Shown: piece by piece, positions 1 through 13,219 of the stretch
Position numbering within the stretch: the first letter of the stretch is position 1
How the letters are laid out: every line of letters starts with the position of its first letter
From: Eledone cirrhosa
Lineage: Eukaryota
NCBI GenBank assembly: GCA_964016885.1
Contig: OZ024745.1
Span: 124,000,001-124,064,000 of the forward strand
Direction of reading: 5' to 3'
Length of the DNA stretch: 64,000 bases
The notes under the pieces: generated by a model
Told to the model about the DNA's origin: nothing
What the model saw: only the letters and a program-made list of their open reading frames with translations
Database searches by the model: none
Program-made: the position numbers and the translations under genes

Positions 1-869
1 AAAAATGTATTTAGAATGAAAAAAGAGAGTCAGTCATAATTCAGAAAAGATAAAAGGAATAAAAATAGTAATGGAACAGACAGATATGCTTATTATCTCA
101 GACAGTCACGATTTGACACCTGAAAACTTAAATTTGCACAACATAAACAAGAGTATTAGCAACAAGAAGAACAATAACACCATTGTATATGATATTAGCA
201 TGATTATTAACAACTCTTTTTATAGCATTACAGGCCAAAGAGAAGATTGAGACACTGATTAAATCCAGTCACAGAAAGAAGTATGGCAGCAAGATGTTAG
301 ACAATTGTTTAAAGTTTTGCTGCTGGGTGTATTCCCATAAAGATTAAACCTATCATCATTGTATAATATTTTTAATTAAATACATTACCTGTGTTTCAAT
401 AAATTTTGAAAATAACTAAACATTTATAGGAAATTAATAAAATAACTAAATTCTTCATTAGTACACTTATATTTAGAATATTACTTAACAAACATTTCTA
501 AAATAAAATTATGATGGAACTGCTTTCAGGAGTTTTAGCAGGCAAACTAACAGGTAGGGAAAATTACATATGCAGTAGATGTTCAGGGAAATTTGACAGT
601 AGAAGTCACAATGATAGACACATTTTTCAAATGCAGGTAGTATCTAGAATAAGGACGGGTGGCAGATAAAGGAATTACCTCTAGATATAGGGGTTAGTAG
701 CAAATATAGGAATAAGTGTCATCCTGGATCAAAAACAGGGTGCTATTTGGCAAGTTATAGTATTTGGCAGCCAACCAGTGTAAAGTCACATGTGAAGCCA
801 TGAGAAGCAGCATAGGCGATATGCAATCTCAGCAAATGTGTCATCCATTAACTAACAGCAACTGTCACA

Positions 870-1020
870 TAATTGTTTCTATCTTTTGGCACAAGGCCAG
901 CAATTACCCAGTGCATTACTGGTACTTTATTTTATCGACCCCATAAGGATGAAAGGCAAAGTTAACCTCGGCGGGATTAGAGGTTAACTTTGCCTTTCAT
1001 CCTTACAGATGCCTTTCATC
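870..1020 (-). mobile_element. tRNA-derived SINE family A, 5'-truncated, with short fold-back
   Basis: Matches the repeated core ...ggcacaaggccagcaattacccagtgcattactggtactttattttatcgacccc..gatgaaaggcaaagttaacctcggcggga found about 11 times in the window. Confidence 0.8.
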
Positions 1021-1242
1021 CTCACATAATGCTAGGCAGAGTGTCATCCATTAACTAATAGCAACTGTCACATAATACTAGGCAGAGGAAACTCTCTCTG
1101 GTCAATTACTAAAATCACAGAGTACCCAAAATATATTGCTGCCAATGTCTATAAACCTGGTGACCATAAATGTTTTTAAGCTATAAAAAGATTTGAAATG
1201 ACTTTGATCCAAGGAAATTTGACCAGATAATGATGATGCTAA

Positions 1243-1280
<38 letters not shown>

Positions 1281-1287
1281 TGAGTGC

Positions 1288-1720
1288 CCAGTCCACACTG
1301 TAAAGTGGTCATGTAGGTGTCACGACACAAAGCAACCAGTCCACACTGTAAAGTGGTCGTGTAGGTGTCACGACACAAAGCAACCAGTCCACACTGTAAA
1401 GTGGTCGTGTAGGTGTCACGACACAAAGCAACCAGTCCACACTGTAAAGTGGTCGTGTAGGTGTTACGACACAAAGCAACCAGTCCACACTGTAAAGTGG
1501 TCGTGTAGGTGTCACGACACAAAGCAACCAGTCCACACTGTAAAGTGGTCGTGTAGGTGTCATGACACAAAGCAACCAGTCCACACTGTAAAGTGGTCGT
1601 GTAGGTGTCACGACACAAAGCAACCAGTCTACACTGTAAAGTGGTTGTGTAGGTGTCATGATAAAAAGCACCCAGTCCATGCTGTAAAGTAGTTGTGTAG
1701 GTGACATGGCAAAAAACATC
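1288..1720. repeat. 48-bp minisatellite (about 9 copies) derived from the RTE 3' UTR
   Basis: Unit cagtccacactgtaaagtggtcgtgtaggtgtcacgacacaaagcaac; related single-copy sequence lies in RTE 3' UTRs at 16790-16890 and 42490-42590. Confidence 0.9.
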
Positions 1721-1893
1721 CAGCACACACTTGTAAATGTGGTTGGCATTAGGAAGAGCATCCAGCCATAGAAACCAAGCCAAAATCTTCTGTGAGCGAA
1801 TCACAGTCCCCTGACCTGATCCCCTACACAGGGATAACCCGTCCTACCCATATTAATGTGGAAGATGGATGTTAAATGATGATGATGATAATG
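1288..1893 (+). mobile_element. RTE 3'-UTR-derived non-autonomous retroposon ending in (GAT)n
   Basis: ggcattaggaagagcatccagccatagaaa...gtggaagatggatgttaaatgatgatg tail shared with the RTE copies. Confidence 0.7.
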
Positions 1894-2751
1894 ATGGGTT
1901 AGTAAATAATATATGACTATATATCTATTGAGATCTAGGAATAATTGTTTTAAAATATTAATTTGTGGTTGAGCAATCCATAAATACATGTACCCTCAGG
2001 GAGATTCAGAATGTCACAGTGTGTAACAGAGCTAGCTCTTTGAATTACAAGTACTCATTTCTGCCAGCTAAATAAACTCGAGCAATGTGAAATAAAGTGT
2101 CTTGCTCAGGGACACAACACACCACTGGAAATTCCACTCATGACCTTATGATCATAAGCCTAACACCTTAAACACTAAACCACAGATTCTCACAACTAAT
2201 TCTATATGTTCAATAATTCATCACATATCTTTTAATATCTTCAGTTATTTAGTGTATATATGTACATAAATATATAACTATGTTTAAAACATATTTTCTG
2301 TGTGCGGCTGCGCTTTCTTTTAATTAATACTTATTTTTTTAAACTGTTGAAATGGTTTTAATTGAAAAAAAAATGTCAAAATTTTATTTATTCTTTTCTC
2401 TTTTAACATACAATTTGTATTAGCCAATTACTTTTATATATTATGATTTAGAAAGTTCGAAAAGAATTAAAAAATGTTTTTAATGTTATATTTTTTTAAA
2501 CATTGAATAAAAAATATTTAAAATTGTAATAATTCAATATTTGGGTAAATTGAAAAAACAACAACTGAACTTGACGAGTAAGCTTATTTTCTGATAAATA
2601 TGATATATATATATACATATATACACACATATATATATATACATATTTTTCACTGGGAAAAATTTTTCACCATTTTCTTTTCCTTTTTACTAATATATTA
2701 AAACTCGTGTGTCACACCTCTAATTTTTTAAAAATATATATATATATATAT

Positions 2752-3158
2752 AATGTAGAAGGTGAGTTTTATTGTAGCACAATAAAGCAATGCAAATATC
2801 AGATAAGTACCACTCTACAGTTTGTCGGACTGGAGTATAAATAATATAAGATCAAAAGATGGTTAAAAGAGTTCCAAGTATTTTATTATGCACATTTCAA
2901 AAACAAATATCATCATGAGATGATATCTGCGTTTTCATCAGATAAAATAGGGATACATGATATGAAGGTTAAAAAAACACTTGTGAATAGTGAAGTTGAT
3001 TTAAAACTTCACTATTCACAAGTGTTTTTTTAACCTTCATATCATGTATCCCTATTTTATCTGATGAAAACGCAGATATCATCTCATGATGATATTTGTT
3101 TTTGAAATGTGCATAATAAAATACTTGGAACTCTTTTAACCATCTTTTGATCTTATAT

Positions 3159-3160
<2 letters not shown>
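2752..3160. mobile_element. Fold-back hammerhead element (about 155-bp arms 2842-2997 / 3005-3160) between (TA)n tracts
   Basis: Near-perfect inverted repeat with a hammerhead core in each arm. Confidence 0.8.
3053..3123 (+). ncRNA. Type I minimal hammerhead ribozyme (mirror copy on - strand about 2878-2950)
   Basis: TATTTTAT-CTGATGA-16-bp stem II-GAAA-T(GTGC)A-TA-ATAAAATA; stem I fully complementary; predicted cleavage after AUA at 3115. Confidence 0.8.
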
Positions 3161-3778
<618 letters not shown>

Positions 3779-4800
3779 CGGTATGTCTGAGTTAATGAAA
3801 TTAAAGTAATTTTGCATAGACATTTAGGTCCTAGACGTATAAATGATAAATTCCAACTATATTAATGTTATTATTTAATACCTTTAGGCAAGACACAATA
3901 TTCAAGTGTTTTGCAACTATTTAAATATATCTCCAAATTCAGAATTGTTGTTTTTATTGTGAGGCCCCATGTCAGCCTTGATCAAGCAGATCTCTGATCA
4001 AAAGTATTTCAGTCATTGCCATCCTCCTTTCTTTTTGTATATCATACTACATTTTTCAATGTATCCCTTTTTCTCCTTGTGATTTGAATGATATTAGGCT
4101 GCTAATTCTAGCATCTTTTTGTGTATCAGGGATTTACATTTTCCATTATATATATATTTTTTCTTTCAAGACTATTATTTGAATGATTTTTGACTGCTAT
4201 TTTTAGTAGGTTGACCAATTGCTTAAATTACCCTTCATTGATTGAATAAATGGTATAACCCTTTAGCATTTACATTACTCTATATTTACTATCATATGTT
4301 AATGGTAAAGGCTTTACCTCGCATAATTATCTCACAAAATATCGAATCTATGAGATTTTGATATTATTTATTTTCAGAACAATACCTTAACATCAGTGTG
4401 AGTGGCTGTACAGTACTTTGGAAAATGTCTTTGTCATAGCCTTCGCATGACCTAAGACTTTTGAGCAGTTGCATGCAGAGATTTGGTGATGCCTGGGGCC
4501 AACTCACTGATTGTATGCACCTAAAACTCAAGTGTAGGACAAGTACTGAGAAATGTGATCAAGGAAGATATTTTAAGCATGAAATAAACTGTGCAAACAT
4601 AGAAAAGACATTTCATACTGCACATTAAATAATATGCAAATCTACAGGACAGATGAACAAGCATACATGTAATTTTTTAAAGTTTGTCTAGGCATAAGCA
4701 TTGAATTTCAAGTTAATAGATTTTTCAGCTTTTTTATTTGAGCAGAAAACTGGGAACAGATTTTGGATGGGTGCTGGAGAAATCTAAGTGGGTCGTGCAC

Positions 4801-5029
4801 TCAGTATCTGTGTTGAATGGAGAACATTGTATGATCCTTTGGTTGGATGCTCAAACCACCTGCCCGGATATGGATGTCCCAAACTATTGTGCCCTCTTTT
4901 GAAGGACCAAGACTTTTCTTTGAGGATAACTTTCTACTTTTCCTCCTATTAGTCTTTGAGGCTCTAAAAATAGTAGTAAACTCAGCCATTCCTCTTCTCA
5001 TTAAACCATAAAAACTGATAACGAAACAC
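4801..5029 (-). CDS. Candidate terminal coding exon of an unidentified host gene
   Basis: Non-repetitive; cctaaccatgttacag acceptor, then G|CFVISFYGLMRRGMAEF...QHRY*; phase fits the candidate exon at 18209-18330. Confidence 0.3.
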
Positions 5030-5177
5030 CTGTAACATGGTTAGGTCAATAAACCTTTTGCAATCATATTTCTAATGAAAGACATTACATGATTTTCAAA
5101 TAATGTTGATGGGCTTAGTAATATAACTAATTTTTTCATTATTTAGCTGGTATTTGGAACATAACTTCTTTCCTGTC

Positions 5178-5380
5178 ATGTCCACAAGAGTGCCAGTTAC
5201 AAAGCTTGGCTAGATGTGGTTCCGCCACAGCTGAACACATTGCTGTCCTTTCTCATTAAACTCTGTCAAGTCCAATGATGTGCAGGGGTGTTCCAGCAGG
5301 GGGCATATCAGGAGGTGCTGCATTGTCTGTGGTTCGATGCTGCAGTCACACACAACGTCTCCATCCTTTAAATATCCCCA
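5178..5380. repeat. Dispersed repeat, second copy at 23892-24050
   Basis: gtccacaagagtg(c/t)cag(t/c)tacaaagcttggctagatgtggttccgccacagctgaacacattgctgtcc near-identical in both places. Confidence 0.75.
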
Positions 5381-6651
5381 GGAACATAACTTAAAGTAAC
5401 TTACATAAATTTATGGAACATTTTAGATTAATATAAACACTTAAAATAAACTGTTTTGTATTGTATAACAAGGGGTGATTTCAAGACTTTTAGTTTCATA
5501 ATTGTTAATTAGCAAGCATCTAATGTAAACAACATAATTGAATAAGCTTAGCACCCACTTTCTGCTGGATATGTTAAATTTTACAGGTTACTTGAATCTT
5601 TTAATTAGCAATATCATTACCATGTGCTGGTTAATTGATTAAGTTGATTGACTGAAAATACATAAGACTGTGGCAACATCAATAACAAAAATAGAATGCT
5701 TTTGAAAGGTATTTTCACACATTTTTAAATGAAATTCTTTGATATATTTTATTCCTATGAAGATTACATTTCAAAAGTTTTCTATTTCTTTTCTTGCAAA
5801 CTATAAAGCAACAAAGAGCGAAAAGTTTGTATGAACTTGATCTCTAACTTCATATATTATTTAGGCATTCTCTAGTTCATTTGAGAAATTGATGTCCATG
5901 TTAATTTGTTGCTTGAATACCCTCAATAACACACTACATATGTGATGTCATTAAACACAAACAAATGCGGCCTTTATTAACAATTTTATTAGTAGTGCTC
6001 ATGCAGAAATAATTGTTTTCATAAAGAAGTTAGCCCAGTTCTGTGTGTGTCCTATTAGATCTAAAGAAACATTCTAGATTGCATGTCACAAAATAAGACA
6101 CATTCAATAAGAAACCTTGCATAGCTTAGAGAAAATTCACTTCAGAAGAGTGTGCTTTATTTAAAATATACAGTGTCAGCCTGCTACAAGTAAATTACAA
6201 GAGAAAAGTAATTAACAAACCAACATAGAAAATTAGCAGAATAGTACTATAAATATTGATATTGCTCTTTCGTTTCTCTAACAACATTTTCATTGCTATT
6301 GGAGCAACAAATGTGAACTTGTTATTATCATAGTTGAATGAATTTCCTACACAGAACAGGATATTAAAAGTCTTTTTCAATCAGTTGACATTAAGGCCTA
6401 ACGACTGGTTGACATGTGTCGGTCTTCAATGTCTTTTGTCGAAAGTTCCAAGCCTGGTGTTTGAGACATCTGGAAGTTTAGCCTTAAGTCACTAACTGTT
6501 TATATATACAATTCTAAGAACAGCCAGTACATACATTCCCTCTTCCATTACCTTTTTCTAAGATCTGAACTGCAACATTCTCTCTCTCACTCTGTCTTTC
6601 TTTCCCCACCCCACCCACACCCTGTCTATCTTTCTCCTTTTCTCTTACTTC

Positions 6652-6689
<38 letters not shown>

Positions 6690-7209
6690 CTCTCCCCACT
6701 CCCCCATCTCTTCTCCCTATCTCTGTCTCTTGTAATGTGTTAAACATGTCAATATTCTATTCACCTTAACATCACCATAGATTCCAGCTGCCTGTCATAT
6801 TGATAATAATAAAAACTGAAAGAACAGCCACAGAGCCAGGGAAATGAATGCCATACATAATTCTGCAGTATTATTAAATATTTGCTTTCTTTCATTAATA
6901 TTGAGAAATTGTTGATTAATTTATTAGGAAACTATTATACCCTTAGTTTGACATTTCTATTCAGTAATTTCAATCTTTAATATTTTCTCATAACCCTTTT
7001 CTTGCCATATTTCCAATGAAATGTATTTCAATTTGTTTTGAAAATAATAAAACATTTGGAGGAATTTAGTTAAATAATTAACTTCTTTTATTAATAAACT
7101 GATGTTTAAGGCAATGAATTGGAAAATTTGGATTAAATGCCTCAGTAATTGTTCTGGTCCTTTGCACTCTGAGGTGAAATCCTGCCAAAGTCAACTTTAC
7201 CTTTCATCC

Positions 7210-7240
<31 letters not shown>

Positions 7241-7242
7241 AG

Positions 7243-9045
7243 TCTTCTTCTTCTTCTTCTTCTTCTTCTTCTTCTTCTTCTTCTTCTTCTTCTTCTTCTT
7301 CTTCTTCTTCTTCTTCTTCTTCTTCTTCTTCTTCTTCTTCTTCTTCTTCTTCCACTGAGAGAGTTGTAGGAGCAGAGTCCTCAAACACTCTTTCCAGCAG
7401 GTCCTGTCAAAAGCAACCATCTCCAACTAGATCCCCAAGAGAGACCAGCTAAGCTCATTGATGTTATCCAACCAGCTTCCTCAAGGTCTACATCAGGGTC
7501 TCCTGCCGGTTGGTTTTGCCTGTAAAATCTGTCCAGAGTTTCTTTCCTGAGACATTCTAACCTCATGCCCATAGTATCGGAGGTGTGGTCTCTCAATTCA
7601 GAGAAGTAGCAGCACTACCTAGAGTGACACTCTGATCTTCAAGTAATGTTACTCAAAAGACCCTTCAGATGAACCCCATTTTGGCTGCATGTATTCATGA
7701 TTATATTCTTTCGGTCATTACTCAAGATTCATGACCATAGGTAAAGGTTGGCGTGAATACTAAATTGAAGTTAGTGAGTTTGGCTTTTACGCCAACTTCC
7801 CTTCTTCTGATTACCGAATGCTGAAGCTGGCACATTACTACACCAGCTTCTGCAATTCTTGCACTTAATTCAATCTCCTGCTTTCCATCCCTCGCAAACA
7901 TGGCCCTGAGGCACTTGAATTTCTCCACTTGCTTCAGTGGAACTCCATTTACATGTATTGCACAAACTTCCTTGAGAGGACAAGTGTCTCAGTTTTTGCA
8001 GCACTGATTTTCATTCCCGCCATGTAGCACTCAGCATCAAACTTATTGCATGTAATTTGGAGATTACCATGTCTGCAAATTCCAACCCAGCGTCACATGT
8101 CAATCCTGTTCATGTAAAAAATAAACAGGAACAGTGACAGTATGCACCCTTGGCAGAGTCTGACTCCCACATTGAATGGTTTTGGTTTAGCACCGTTTAT
8201 CTGAACACAAATACTCGGGCGTTCATATAAAGACATCAGGGCAGCGAGAAGCTGACCATCGATCCCATACTCCTGCACAACCTTCCACAGCAGATCCCGA
8301 GGAAGATGGTCATATGCCTTTTCAAGGTTGACAAAACGAGAATGTACCTCTTGGAAATACTCCCATGATTTCTTGAATACCTGCCGCAGTGTGAATATTT
8401 GGTCGGCTGTGCTGCATCCGGGGTGAAAACTGCACTGCTCATCTGCTAGCTTGGACTCAACAATCTCCCTGCATCTCTTTGTCAGACACTTAGCATAGAC
8501 TTTACTGGAGAGGCTTAATAAGGAGATCTCTCTGTAATTGGAACAATCTCTCTTGTCTCCCTTTTTGAAAATTGGAATTATCCCTCCTCATTACCATTGC
8601 TTAGGTGCTTTTCCAGAGATCCAGGTCCCCCGGCACACATAAGTCAGCCAGAGAATACCTTCTCTATTTAAAGCTCTTAACATCTTGGGCTGGATTTTAT
8701 CTTCTTCAGCAGCCTTGCCACATGTGAGATTAGTCACCACTCCCAGTTGCCTCTGAGAGATTAGTCACCACTCCCAGATGCACTTCGCATACATCTGAAG
8801 ATGCTGTTGTGATCGGGTTTAAGAGATCAGCAAAGTACTCTCTCCACCTTGTGAGGATGCACTTCTCTGAAGATAGGATAACCCCAGACATGTTCGTGAT
8901 AGCAGGTGTGGAGGAGAGCTTCTTATTATGAAGTCGGCAGATGATCTGTCAGAACATTTTATTTGCTGATTTGAAGTTGGATTCCAGCTTAATCCAAAAG
9001 TCCTCCCATGTCTTAACCTTGGACGCCTTCACTATCTCTGCTGGG
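7243..9045 (-). mobile_element. RTE-clade LINE, 5'-truncated, degenerate RT, (GAA)n tail
   Basis: Fragmented RT motifs in several frames (VNLEKAYD, GVRLCQGCILS, VEKFKCL, TYGHES) ending at (TTC)n; same 3' end at 28207-28400. Confidence 0.85.
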
Positions 9046-9927
9046 GTTGGTAAATAAAATACCAATCTAGTGGCAATAGATTAGTGGAATCATTAAATAG
9101 TTGAATGGGATGCTTTGCAGCATCTGTTCTGGTTCTGTGCATTCTGAGTTCAAATTTCATCTCCTGCCACCAGAAAAGTTGTGATGCTTCTGCCAAGATT
9201 TACAACTAGGTAATATTATTTCCCTTCTTTAGCAGATTGGTCTCTCATGACTTAAAGAAAGCAATCATGAACATTTCTAAATACCAATTGAAATAATGTT
9301 TTGTACTTTCCTATAAGCTGAAACAAGGATTAAAAAACAAGCAAAAAAAAATGAAAATTGAAAGTTTTAAAACTTTAAATTGGACAGTTATGTATCACAA
9401 AACCAGATGGAGTTTAAGAGAGGTTTTATAGGGGAAATTTTAGTGGTGTGGGGATAGAAGAAAGATATATATGAGTAATGAATGATCTTTTAGGAAGAGG
9501 TAGTTGTTTGTGTAAAGGATTTGTTATTATTCTGAAAATATATTTTAAAGTCTCCAAACAATATTAATTTCTGACATTAATTTCTGACATTAATTTCTGA
9601 TATTAATTTCTGACATTAATTTCTGACAAAACTCCATGAATTTAGGCAAAATGATAAAGTCACTTTTATTGATTCTCTCCATCCAACCTAGTACTGAAGA
9701 GTGTTTATTTTATTGACTGTTGAATTATGAAAGGCAAAGTTCATTTAGGAGGAATTTGAACTGAGAATATAAAGCAGAGGTTCTCAAACTTTTGGGGGCC
9801 ACCACCACACTCACAGCCATGTAATACCCTCAAAGCCCCTACCCCTATTTCTAGAGAGACCTGCCTACATGAAAATTGTAAATAGTATATAATACATAAA
9901 ATCGTAAATCTATATATAATAAATAAT

Positions 9928-10118
9928 ATAATTGTTTCTACTTTTGGCACAAGGCCAGCAATTATCACAGTGTATCACTGGTACTTTATTTTATCGACCT
10001 CGTAAGGATGAAAGGCAAAGTTAACCTCGATGAGATTTGAACTCAGACCATAAAGGGCCGTAACTCTTTGCTGGAAAGCATGGCGTCCGACCTTCTACCG
10101 ATATTGCCAATCCACCGC
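9928..10118 (-). mobile_element. SINE family A, full length (truncated second copy 10205-10303)
   Basis: On - strand: A-box-like TGGCAATATCGG, B-box-like GAGTTCAAAT, core ttgcctttcatccttacgaggtcgataaaataaagtaccag. Confidence 0.85.
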
Positions 10119-10119
10119 A

Positions 10120-11050
10120 ATAAATACTAATATATAATAAATAATATAATATATACTAATATATAAGAAATAATATAATATATAATAATATATAATAAAT
10201 AATATAATTGTTTCTACTTTTGGCACAAGGCCAGCAATTATCCAGTGTATTACTGGTACTTTATTTAATCGACCCTGTAAGTTAATCTCGGCGGGATTTG
10301 AACTATAATAAATAATATAATATATACTAATATATAATAAATAAAATAATATATACTAATATATAATAAATAATATAATATATACTAATATATAATAAAT
10401 AATATTATAAATACTAATATATAATAAATAATATAATAAATACTAATATATAATAAATAATATAATATATACTAATATATAATAAATAATATAATAAATA
10501 CTAATATATAATAAATAATATAATATATACTAATATATAATAAATAATATAATATATACTAATATATAATAATTATATAATATATACTAATATATAATAA
10601 ATAATATAATATACACTAATATATAATAATTATATAATATATACTAATATATAATAAATAATATAATATTTACTAATATATAATAATTATATAATATATA
10701 CTAATATATAATAAATAATATAATATATACTAATATATAAAAAATAATATAATATATACTAATATATAATAAATAATATAATAAATACTAATATATAATA
10801 AATAATATAATATATACTAATATATAAAAAATAATATAATATATACTAATATATAATAAATAATATAATATATACTAATATATAATAAATAATATAATAT
10901 ATACTAATATATAATAATTATATAATATATACTAATATATAATAAATAATATAATATATACTAATATATAATAAATAATATAATAAATAATAATATATAA
11001 TAAATAATATAATATATACTAATATATAATAAATAATATAATATATACTA
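10120..11050. repeat. 29-bp AT-rich minisatellite
   Basis: Unit atatataataaataatataatatatacta, about 25 or more copies. Confidence 0.9.
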
Positions 11051-11506
11051 TCATCATCATCATCATCATTTTACGTCCACTTTTCCCTGCTTGTATAAAT
11101 AAATATATTTTTTATTTTACTATATCTATATATAATATGTATCATTTGATATTTAATATATTATCATATCTACCATCGCCCCACCGCCCCCTTAGGCCCT
11201 TCGGGTTGGTGGTAGCACCCACTTTGAGATCCTCTGATGTAAAGGGAAATAAATATTGCAAGACAGGATTGTCTAACACTACTGATTTTGTCAGCAAATT
11301 TTGGGGGTAAGAGTGAAGTTGATAAATTCAACTTCAGTACTTAGTTGGTGCTTTAGTTTATTGACCTTGGAAGGATGAAAAACAAATTTTGTTTGTTACA
11401 ACTTGAACTCAGGATATAAAGAGCTGGTATTAATACCAACATGGTATTTTATCTGAAGGTTTACCAATTCTGCCAATCCACCGGTCTTTACTTCCTTATA
11501 TAGTAA

Positions 11507-11711
11507 CCCTTTAGTATTTACTATTGTATTTTAACGGTAAACACTTTTTCTCACATAATTATCTCATATAATATCAAATCTACGAGATTTTGATATTATT
11601 TATTTTGAGAACAATAACTTATCGCCTGTATGAGCAGCTGGTTATGATTGGTTTGAACAGAAAGGGGTGAGAGAATTCTGGCTGAATATGGCCGGTTTAA
11701 ATGCTAAAGGG
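11507..11711. mobile_element. piggyBac-type MITE
   Basis: CCCTTTAGTATTTA...TAAATGCTAAAGGG termini; TTAA on the right. Confidence 0.75.
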
Positions 11712-11877
11712 TTAAAAGAAAGAAAATATTTCTAGCATAGACACAAAGCCAAAGATACTTTTAGAACACTATAGTCGATTTAATTAACCTCAGTATTTGG
11801 AACTTATTTTGTCAACCTAGAAATGAAGAAACACTGGCAAAGACAAAACAAAAATGGAATTTGAACTTGGTATTTAA

Positions 11878-12142
11878 CCCTTTAGCATTTACATCACTCT
11901 ATATATACTATTATATTTTCATAGTAAAGGCTTTATCTCCCAAATACATCTCACATAATATTGAATATATGAGATTTTGATATTATTTATTTTGAGTAGA
12001 AACAATTATTTCAAAAGTAGAAACAATTATTTATTTTGAGAAGAATATCTTAACATCAGTATGAGAGGCTGATTGTGGCCAGTTTGAACTGAAAGGAGTG
12101 AGAGAATCCTGGCCAGATAAGGCTGGTTTAAATGCTAAAGGG
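11878..12142. mobile_element. piggyBac-type MITE
   Basis: TTAA|CCCTTTAGCATTTA ... TAAATGCTAAAGGG|TTAA: 14-bp TIR and TTAA TSD; further copies 18969-19189, 48541-48748 (reverse), 62852-63066, partial 4259-4410 and 23068-23278. Confidence 0.85.
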
Positions 12143-13219
12143 TTAATATAAAATGGCATAAGTTCAGTCATTCACTCACTCTGAATTGTTAATCAAGGAT
12201 TACTCTGGTTTAGTGCGGAAAATAGCCTTAAAACATCTCCTGTTTGTTGTCGTTATATACACACCTGTGTCAGTCAAGAACACGTCTTAATTTGTACAAA
12301 ACTGAGGTAAATCTATTCTGAAAAACTCCATGAAATATTTAACAATCCTAGAGCTATGTCTATTGTCAATGAGATAGAAATGAAAAAAAATGTATTTTAG
12401 ACAAGACAGATATGGTAAATACCCTCAATATTATTTCATTTGGCAAGTTGTGAATAAAACACCAGGAAGATAGTTTTGTTGATTTTTGTTGTATTTTGCT
12501 TTCATTCATTCTTTGAGGAGGAGGTTGTGATTATTATTATTTTTGAACACTTAATAGGCAGGTCTGAGAAAATTACAACTTTATCCTATCTCAGATAATA
12601 ATATTAACTATTGCGAAAACAAAAACAACGACAACTCTGGAAAAATCTTTATCAGAGACATTGTGTAAACCAAGATAAAATTAAGTACCACCATAAATGA
12701 TAATAACATTATTATCTGACACCAAAAAAAAAATGAGGAAAAAACATTACAATAACATAATCATCCTCAACCAATATAACAGTATCTACAACAACAACAA
12801 TAGATGAGGGTGATGATAATGATAACAATATTGATGATTATGATAATGATAATGTATGAAATACTACATATACCAGGAAAATAAACACGTATACAATATA
12901 GGTATGTGTATATGTTTACATACATAATTACCTACATATATACACATATTCATTCATACATACATACAGTCATACATTCAGACATTCATATATATATAGC
13001 TACATACATACACACATACATCTATACATCTATACATACATTCATATATACATACATACTTACATATAAACATATAAACATAAATACATATATTCATACA
13101 TACATACATTCATACATACATAGATACATTATATACATACATTCTTACATACATACATACATTCATTCATTCATACATACATATATAAATAAATACCCAC
13201 ATATGTACACATTCATGCA

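Larger units (their letters stand above)
9775..11236. mobile_element. hAT (Charlie-like) MITE with nested SINEs and AT minisatellite
   Basis: TIRs CAGAGGTTCTCAAACT / ACTTTGAGATCCTCTG; 8-bp TSD ATATAAAG / ATGTAAAG. Confidence 0.75.

Noticed and set aside
1181-1804. 207-aa repetitive ORF
   Set aside because: A by-product of the 48-bp tandem repeat, whose length is a multiple of three
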